A stretch of 64,000 nt of DNA from the IMG/VR virus record IMGVR_UViG_3300027608_000014, positions 32,001-96,000 of that record; one strand, 5' to 3'. The notes beneath the pieces are model-generated. The model had not been told where the DNA came from, searched no databases, and saw nothing but the letters and a program-made list of their open reading frames with translations. Below, piece by piece: positions 57,830 through 64,000 of this stretch (positions within the stretch are counted from its first letter, which is position 1; every line of letters begins with the position of its first letter). Source of the DNA: a virus. Made by a program: the position numbers and the translations under genes.

Positions 57830-58150
57830 ATGATTATTAATCAAATAGCCTGGATCTTTTTTTTCCTAATCGTGGCACCACTAGGCGCCGCCACCATGGC
57901 AAAGATAATTGTTGAAGAAGAGATCTTCTCTCACCCAAGAGCCTGGATTGAGGCGTATTGCTGGCCAATGTTCTCTTACATGGTCAATTGCGAAAGGTGC
58001 ATTGTGCACTGGACTATGGCCTTAATTACATTGCTAGGGTACAGTGCCTGGGATAAGATCACCTTCTGCGACAGTTGGGTGGCGGCATTGATTTGCTGGG
58101 CTGCGGCGACACGCCTGGCTATACGATTCTGGCTTCGTAATGATACATGA
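57830..58150 (+). CDS. DUF1360-like membrane protein
   Basis: IV.EEIF..PR.W...MVNC..C..HW pattern. Confidence 0.55.
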   Translation: MIINQIAWIFFFLIVAPLGAATMAKIIVEEEIFSHPRAWIEAYCWPMFSYMVNCERCIVHWTMALITLLGYSAWDKITFCDSWVAALICWAAATRLAIRFWLRNDT

Positions 58151-58647
58151 TCTCAATCACAGAAATTCAAGAGCATCGCGGAGTAACCGTGTTAGAAAGC
58201 GAGCCAGGGGAGTTTCACTTCTCTGTTCAGGCTCATGGTATCAGTGGCGGCCTGGCAACTACTATTCCACTAGATGTTGTCTGTCCAGTAGTTGGCCAAA
58301 ACCTGCTTCTCCTTAGGGCAACAATAACGCCGCCTGATGGAGTTGCCTGTCCAGATTCTTGGACGACAAACAGCATTGAGTCCACCATCCAGAGTGCTAT
58401 CAATACATTTAGAAGAATTCAAAAATGTAAAGATGATGAAGAGGCAAAAAGGACAAAGAAGGCTAGTAAGATAGATAGAGAAGTTCGTTTTCGCATGGCC
58501 TTATCTCAGGCGGTCAGCGAATGGATGAGCGCAAGTGAGTATTTTACCCTGTCAGAATATCTGGCTATCTGCGGCGAGGTATTTTCGTCCGCTACCCAAA
58601 ATGTCAACAATCATCGAACCAACGAGTCCAGCGACCCCAGCTCCTAA
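58147..58647 (+). CDS. Hypothetical protein
   Basis: ATGA overlap with the upstream gene. Confidence 0.5.
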   Translation: MISITEIQEHRGVTVLESEPGEFHFSVQAHGISGGLATTIPLDVVCPVVGQNLLLLRATITPPDGVACPDSWTTNSIESTIQSAINTFRRIQKCKDDEEAKRTKKASKIDREVRFRMALSQAVSEWMSASEYFTLSEYLAICGEVFSSATQNVNNHRTNESSDPSS

Positions 58648-58951
58648 TCGGGAATCAGTAGAAGTTTTACAGCAACAGTTAGCAACTCTTATTGGTCCAA
58701 TTGCGGACCAGTTCATCGACAGCGGTGAGGCCCTCCTTATTGGTGTCGTATGTATTTCAGCTAACGGAGGTAGACGATCCATCCTCTACGTTCCAGGGGT
58801 CAATGAGGATATGACCATGGAACAGAAAGTTATTGCGGAAGAAGGCAGGGCCGTTGGACAGTTCCAAGCGGCTATTCAGTTTGGTAAATTACACGCAGCG
58901 CTTAGTGACGTCACAAATCAAGCACTTCGGACCTCTGTCCGACCAAGATAA
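58601..58951 (+). CDS. Hypothetical protein
   Basis: Likely ATG at 58601. Confidence 0.5.
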   Translation: MSTIIEPTSPATPAPNRESVEVLQQQLATLIGPIADQFIDSGEALLIGVVCISANGGRRSILYVPGVNEDMTMEQKVIAEEGRAVGQFQAAIQFGKLHAALSDVTNQALRTSVRPR

Positions 58952-58953
58952 CA

Positions 58954-60735
58954 ATGAAGCCAAAAACAAAAGTAGAAAGTAAATCGATTCTGTTGCCGCT
59001 AGCTTTGTCTAGTACTCCGCTTGTCTGGGTAGTAACTACAGAGGAATACAGAATGCTTAAGAAAGAACAGAGCGCTCTTCTTAATCAAAAGGCGGCGACG
59101 CAGGTGTTTCGCTACGATGCACTAGATGTCCTCAAGGAGGCTCTGATTACAAAGTCTGACGGGACCACGGAGGGTGGAAGATCTGCTCAGTTCGGTCACT
59201 GTCTTGAGGCGATCAACTGGTTCTCTAGACGTAATCCAGAGCCGGACACCCCTGAAGCGATGAGCAGCCTAACCGCTCAATTTGGCAGCAATGCCAATTA
59301 CGCACCTGCAGGTTCGGTCCTAGTTTTGTTTGATGTTCCAGCCAGGATTGAACATAAGAACGGTAGTAAGTGGACTGACGCTCTGATTAACCGCACAATC
59401 AAAAACGCTGTCGGCGATCTGATTGATGAGCAGAAGATGATTGTTCTAGTGTCTCACACGCTGGATGTTCCGCAAGAGCTGGAGCACATCGCTGTGGTGG
59501 TTGAGCACTCACTGCCTACCTATGAAGAACTATCGAACCTGGTGAGAAAAGCCTGGAAGTATCTAGGTGATGAAAATGAGGATGGAAGTAGAGAGCCAAT
59601 GCCTGCAATCAGTGACGAGGATCTGGAGCTTACGGTCAACCTGATCTCTGGCATGAGAGAGTGGGAGGCTGATAATATCTTGGCTCGCTCGGTCTATACC
59701 AATAAGACGAACCTCCGAAAGGATCCAACTATCCCCAAGATGTTTGACATTCCTACTATTCGTAAGGAAAAGGTTAAGTCGATTCGCAAAAACTCTTCTC
59801 TTGAGATTATTGAACCTCCGGGCTCTCTGGATCAAGTAGGTGGACTTGCTGAAATTAAGGCCTGGGCTGAAGAAGCCAAAGACCTATTTGGCAAAGCAGC
59901 AGCGGGTGACGGAATCAAATGTCCCAAAGGTATTGTTCTCTTTGGCCCCGGTGGAACAGGCAAGACCTACACTATCTCCTGCCTTGGCAGTTTTCTTCAG
60001 CGCACAGTTCTGCGCTGGGATGTCGGTGCTAGTAAGGGTCGATATGTTGGTCAGACTGAGGAGCAGACCAGAAACGTCTTTAGGGACGCTAAGGCTCAGG
60101 CTCCCTGCATTCTGTTCATCGATGAGGCTGGTAAGCTCTTTGCTGACGCTAAGGGTGCCGGATCTGGTCTGGACGGTGGCGTGAACCAAGGGATGTACGC
60201 ATCTCTACTTACGTTCATGCAGGAAAACGATGGAGGAGTCTTGATTGCAATGGCTTGTAATGAAGACATCATGAACTTCCCCGCACCCGCTCTCAGAGGT
60301 GGCCGCATTGACAATGTCTTCTTCGTCGATCTTCCCACACAGGAAGAGGTAAAGGATATCCTTAGAATCCACATTAAGAAAAGAGGATGGGACCCAGCGA
60401 GCCCAGAAATCGACATCGAGAAAGTGGCAACCTCACTGGCTGAGTATACTCCGTCTGAGATTGAACTGGTAATCAATAAGGCTCTGATCCACAAGTTTAA
60501 GACTAGTGGTCCACGCCCTGCTGAGCTAAAGACTGAGAATCTGCTGGTTGCTATCTCAAAGGTGATTCCGATGACTCGAACTAATAAGCTTGAAGTTGAT
60601 TCACTTAGGGCTTGGGCGGTAGAGCGCGGGTATACAGTCGGTACGGCACAGCCCAAAGCAATAGTACGTAAAGCAGCCGGTCGAAGGATTGGCAGCTCTC
60701 TCTCGGCAATTGCCGATGAATCAGACGAGATGTGA
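58954..60735 (+). CDS. Ycf46-like AAA+ ATPase
   Basis: Degenerate N-terminal AAA (T.EE.R...P.EL...LP), then VGGL..IK.W, Walker A GPGGTGKT, YVGQTE, Walker B LFIDE, R.GRID..FFVDLP, LRAWA. Confidence 0.85.
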   Translation: MKPKTKVESKSILLPLALSSTPLVWVVTTEEYRMLKKEQSALLNQKAATQVFRYDALDVLKEALITKSDGTTEGGRSAQFGHCLEAINWFSRRNPEPDTPEAMSSLTAQFGSNANYAPAGSVLVLFDVPARIEHKNGSKWTDALINRTIKNAVGDLIDEQKMIVLVSHTLDVPQELEHIAVVVEHSLPTYEELSNLVRKAWKYLGDENEDGSREPMPAISDEDLELTVNLISGMREWEADNILARSVYTNKTNLRKDPTIPKMFDIPTIRKEKVKSIRKNSSLEIIEPPGSLDQVGGLAEIKAWAEEAKDLFGKAAAGDGIKCPKGIVLFGPGGTGKTYTISCLGSFLQRTVLRWDVGASKGRYVGQTEEQTRNVFRDAKAQAPCILFIDEAGKLFADAKGAGSGLDGGVNQGMYASLLTFMQENDGGVLIAMACNEDIMNFPAPALRGGRIDNVFFVDLPTQEEVKDILRIHIKKRGWDPASPEIDIEKVATSLAEYTPSEIELVINKALIHKFKTSGPRPAELKTENLLVAISKVIPMTRTNKLEVDSLRAWAVERGYTVGTAQPKAIVRKAAGRRIGSSLSAIADESDEM

Positions 60736-60824
60736 TATTAAACTTGTCTTGAAAGTTCTTTGCGCAATATAGCGCATGTCAGAGTTAGTATTTTTATCAG
60801 TTCAAGAAAAAAAAATACAACACA

Positions 60825-61223
60825 ATGTCACACCTTGTTCGTCAAGTAAACCAAGCGGGAGTTGAAATCAAATCCCTAGACCTTTTGTCCTCTGCCTGCA
60901 AGAAGCTTGGCATGACTCTTCACCAGGATCGTAAGGTTGCTCACTACTATGGATCTTCCTCAGCCGCCTGTGATGCGGTGATTGAGATCCCAGGCTGCAA
61001 GTCTGAGATCGCAGTCAAGAAGAATGCCGATGGCACCTATGGTGTTGAGGCTGATCATTATTATGCCGAAGTAACAAAAGCACTAGGTAAAAATAGCGAC
61101 AGTCTTTTTCAAAGATATCGCGCAGAAGAGCTGATCAAGCAGGCTCGATACGATCGCTGGAGCGTCGAGTCTGAGACCTTTAATCCCCAGACTCAGGAAC
61201 TGGAAATCCGCTTTAAGCGCTAA
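60825..61223 (+). CDS. DUF1257 (Ycf35-like) protein
   Basis: MSH......EIK.L..L..AC..LG...Y...AD.Y.....L.Q.Y pattern, directly after the Ycf46-like ATPase. Confidence 0.75.
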   Translation: MSHLVRQVNQAGVEIKSLDLLSSACKKLGMTLHQDRKVAHYYGSSSAACDAVIEIPGCKSEIAVKKNADGTYGVEADHYYAEVTKALGKNSDSLFQRYRAEELIKQARYDRWSVESETFNPQTQELEIRFKR

Positions 61224-61319
61224 TGGTCTGGGGCTGGGTGAGTCCATCCAGCCCCATGATCGTGCTTAGGTCATCGAAAATTACCAAAGAAGTTTCATCT
61301 CAATCATCAATAAAATAAT

Positions 61320-61523
61320 ATGTCAGAAGAATCCATTACTATTACCCTGGGCCCTGGAGCCCGTAGCAGCAAGTCCGAAACTAAAGGCTTTTTCGGAGGC
61401 GCCTGTAAGACGGCCCTAGCCGCATTCAGCCGACTCTTGGGCACTGTAGAATCTAGCAAGAACACTGCTGAGTTCTACCAGGAAGAAGCCTGCCAGCGCC
61501 AGGAGCAGCTAGCTGGTAAATAG
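61320..61523 (+). CDS. DUF2997 family protein
   Basis: I.IT...G....ETKGF.G.AC......LG.......T.EFY. Confidence 0.75.
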   Translation: MSEESITITLGPGARSSKSETKGFFGGACKTALAAFSRLLGTVESSKNTAEFYQEEACQRQEQLAGK

Positions 61524-61543
61524 TCTAGGTCACTAACTACTTG

Positions 61544-61581
61544 GGGCTTGGGAGCATTGCTGCTCCCAAGCCCTTTTTTTT
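61544..61581 (+). terminator. Intrinsic terminator
   Basis: GGGCTTGGGAGCA-ttgc-TGCTCCCAAGCCC then 8 T. Confidence 0.9.
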
Positions 61582-61755
61582 ATGCAAGTCATACACCGAA
61601 CTTACAACACCTCACAAGAGGCCAAAGCATTTTTAGACGGCATTGAGTTTGTCAACGACTCCAGTGTCATGGCCTGGATCAGCAATGTCGACAATTGCGT
61701 TGTCGTCATCGCAGACGAGGACGACAGAGATGACGAGCCTGCCAGTGAAAATTAA
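61582..61755 (+). CDS. Small acidic protein (57 aa, not in ORF track)
   Basis: MQVIHRTYNTSQEAKAFLDGIEFVNDSSV...DEDDRDDEPASEN. Confidence 0.55.
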   Translation: MQVIHRTYNTSQEAKAFLDGIEFVNDSSVMAWISNVDNCVVVIADEDDRDDEPASEN

Positions 61756-61784
61756 TTTAGCGCCTTCAAAGAATAAACATTATC

Positions 61785-62063
61785 ATGACAAATCAAGAAG
61801 AAACATTCACCACATTTGTGTCCACAACAGGGGACCTTGCATATCTTCACAAGGAAGCTTTTGACATGGAGGGCTTTGGGCCAAAGATCGTCACTAGAGC
61901 CAGTGAGGTTGAGTTTGATGGCCCCAGCCAAGAGTGGTTTGCCAGGCTCAACGACGGCAAAGAGATTGCTCGGGATAAATCACGGGACGTAGTTCTTGCT
62001 AAAGAGCGGGAGATCATCGACATGATGCTTGCTCATGGAGAGATCATTCCCGGTGTCGACTAA
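61785..62063 (+). CDS. Conserved small protein of DUF1257/DUF2997 neighbourhoods
   Basis: G...L..E.FD...G....RAS.VE.....W......R...L..E pattern. Confidence 0.6.
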   Translation: MTNQEETFTTFVSTTGDLAYLHKEAFDMEGFGPKIVTRASEVEFDGPSQEWFARLNDGKEIARDKSRDVVLAKEREIIDMMLAHGEIIPGVD

Positions 62064-62973
62064 ATCCAAAGTTAAGTCTGTGGATCCAACTAAGCCCAAA
62101 CGCTTTGGACCTTCAGATTACAAATCAGTCATCAGGTCTTGGCTAAAACATGAATACCTCTGCGCCAGGACTAGGCCCTGTAATGGCTTGGATGGAATAA
62201 GGATTAATAACGGCAGAATGTTCTATAAAGAAAATACTATTTTTTCCTACACTGACTTCTGGCCCATTGCTCGCATTATCAATAAGCACACCGTACTTAT
62301 AGTAGACGGTGACATACACAATCGAGTCCTAACCCCGATGACTAAGTATCATCTGCGTATGGTCATAGATCACTGCAAGGCTGCAAAGAAAAGAATCCTT
62401 TATGCTCCCTACCCAGTCGCTAGTCATGGTACCAACGTTGATTGTATGGTTTCCTACATCAACTCAGCCATTAATCGCCTGAGGGTCCAAAAGGAGCACC
62501 GCTCGAACAGGGTGACATTTGAAGACCAGGTTACAATGTACGATTCTTGTGCAGGTGATAGGCAGACATATGTGACAAGAAAAAGTGATCTGTCACGGCT
62601 TACAGGGCACATTACAAATCTCTATGCTTATGTAAAATACTTTAAGCTTCGTAAGTCACATGCCGCTCTGCTGTTGAATCTAATGGATAAACATCAAACT
62701 CCAAAGGAAATGGCGCAGAAGAACCTTAGGTCCATTGTCTGCCAGAGATTAAATAATATAGCCGACAGAAGAGAGCGACTGAGGATTGCAAAAAACACAA
62801 AGGCTAAGCAAAAAAGGAAAAGACAAAAGTGGATCAATGAAAAGAAGTTCTATAAGGAGCAGAACTGGCGAATAAGAAAAATCAGTGAGCCCGAGGACAC
62901 TGCGGAAGATCTTTGCGACCAACCTACAAGATTGGTTACACTCAACAGGAGGCCTAAAAACCTATACACATAA
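62029..62973 (+). CDS. Hypothetical basic protein
   Basis: 314-aa ORF; start uncertain. Confidence 0.5.
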   Translation: MLMERSFPVSTKSKVKSVDPTKPKRFGPSDYKSVIRSWLKHEYLCARTRPCNGLDGIRINNGRMFYKENTIFSYTDFWPIARIINKHTVLIVDGDIHNRVLTPMTKYHLRMVIDHCKAAKKRILYAPYPVASHGTNVDCMVSYINSAINRLRVQKEHRSNRVTFEDQVTMYDSCAGDRQTYVTRKSDLSRLTGHITNLYAYVKYFKLRKSHAALLLNLMDKHQTPKEMAQKNLRSIVCQRLNNIADRRERLRIAKNTKAKQKRKRQKWINEKKFYKEQNWRIRKISEPEDTAEDLCDQPTRLVTLNRRPKNLYT

Positions 62974-63998
62974 TGGAAACATCTATCTCAATTACATCAG
63001 ACATTCTCGAACAGGCCCTTCTACTCAATGTTGAAACCGGCATGTGGTCAGGTAAGACATCACAGGATGCCGCTGACCTTGAGGCCCAAGGAGCAAACTC
63101 TCAGGATGAAATTTTTACAAAGGGGCAAAAGCTCCTGGTTCCCAAGACAGCTCTCGAGCCCTTTGCTCGGATCAAGAATCGAATCGTTCAGTATCTTCGT
63201 CGGGAAGCCCGACACTTTTATATCAAGAGTACCTGGGTTGTAGCTCGCGACGCTCGTGAGAAGGTCAGTACTGAAATGGCCAAGTTTGAGGCTGACTGGA
63301 ATGATATCGGAGAACGATTCATCCAGAACCTTCCTCAGTACAAGGCCACAATGCTAGCTATCTACAGAGAGAAGTATCCAACACTGGTAGATCGAATTGA
63401 GGCTCAGTACCCAACGGATGAAACTATCAGAGCTAAGTGCCGACTCCACTGGACATTTGGCGCCTGGCAGATGGCTCAAATCGAAGATGCTGCTGCCGAG
63501 GTCGAAGAGCGTTTTCGCGCTAGAGCTAATTCCTATCTGAGCCAGCTGGAACAAGAAGTCTACGTCTCCTCTGTCGAGGCGGCAGTCGCTATGGCCAAGG
63601 GTATGGGAACCAAGACTGGTGAGATCAGTGATAAAAAGATTGCTAAGTTCAGGTCACTGATCAATCGTATTCGGCAAGACAACGTCTCGTTTTTGAATAG
63701 TGATCGCATTCAGTCGTTCCTCTCAAGTGTTGACGATAACATGCTCAACGTCAATAACTGGCAGACTGAAGGTGAGGCTAAACAGAGAGTAAAGGAGATC
63801 CTCGAGACCTACATCGCAGATGCTTCACTGACCGCTGAGGCTGCAGCTATCGCCAGCGCCTATGTCAGACGTGTGAGTGATGCCACTGAAACCGAAGTCG
63901 AAGAGGAAGAAGACGGTGGCGTTACACAGATTAGACGAGTAAAGGCACAGGGCGCTAATGTCGAAGCTGAAGACGCTGAGGGCGAGACTCAAGAATAA
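62973..63998 (+). CDS. DUF3150-like protein
   Basis: LL.V...W.G......DL......G.K.L.P..L.PF..I...L, I.A.YP motifs. Confidence 0.65.
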   Translation: METSISITSDILEQALLLNVETGMWSGKTSQDAADLEAQGANSQDEIFTKGQKLLVPKTALEPFARIKNRIVQYLRREARHFYIKSTWVVARDAREKVSTEMAKFEADWNDIGERFIQNLPQYKATMLAIYREKYPTLVDRIEAQYPTDETIRAKCRLHWTFGAWQMAQIEDAAAEVEERFRARANSYLSQLEQEVYVSSVEAAVAMAKGMGTKTGEISDKKIAKFRSLINRIRQDNVSFLNSDRIQSFLSSVDDNMLNVNNWQTEGEAKQRVKEILETYIADASLTAEAAAIASAYVRRVSDATETEVEEEEDGGVTQIRRVKAQGANVEAEDAEGETQE

Positions 63999-64000
63999 TG

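Overview
This window is part of a large, apparently lytic myovirus-type bacteriophage genome read with the standard genetic code. 1-31.3 kb (+ strand) is a contractile-tail module. It holds the sheath (5' truncated), tube, gp5/VgrG-like hub, a tail-assembly chaperone with a probable -1 frameshift, tape measure, gp25-like and baseplate-J proteins, and an embedded sigma-70-family factor. It continues with five paralogous Cys-rich tail proteins and a GPT-collagen protein next to a double glycosyltransferase and a methyltransferase. 32-43 kb is an accessory region dominated by non-coding RNA. It holds two pistol-type self-cleaving ribozymes whose predicted cut sites fall at or two bases before AUG codons (one heads a MYG1 RNA exonuclease gene). 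It also holds a D-armless tRNA-Lys(UUU), tRNA-Arg(UCU), an atypical tRNA(GCA), a large circularly permuted tRNA mimic of YrlA (Y RNA) topology with no Ro60 gene in the window, a tmRNA, a family of three covarying long hairpins and several unassigned structured RNAs. 43-64 kb carries class II ribonucleotide reductase, a pyrimidine-dimer glycosylase-like protein, a WGR-domain ATP-dependent ligase, a minus-strand terminase large subunit with probable head genes, and a Ycf46-like AAA / DUF1257 / DUF2997 / DUF3150 cluster. All family assignments come from recognised motifs and gene context, and all RNA folds were paired by eye; no database searches were run.
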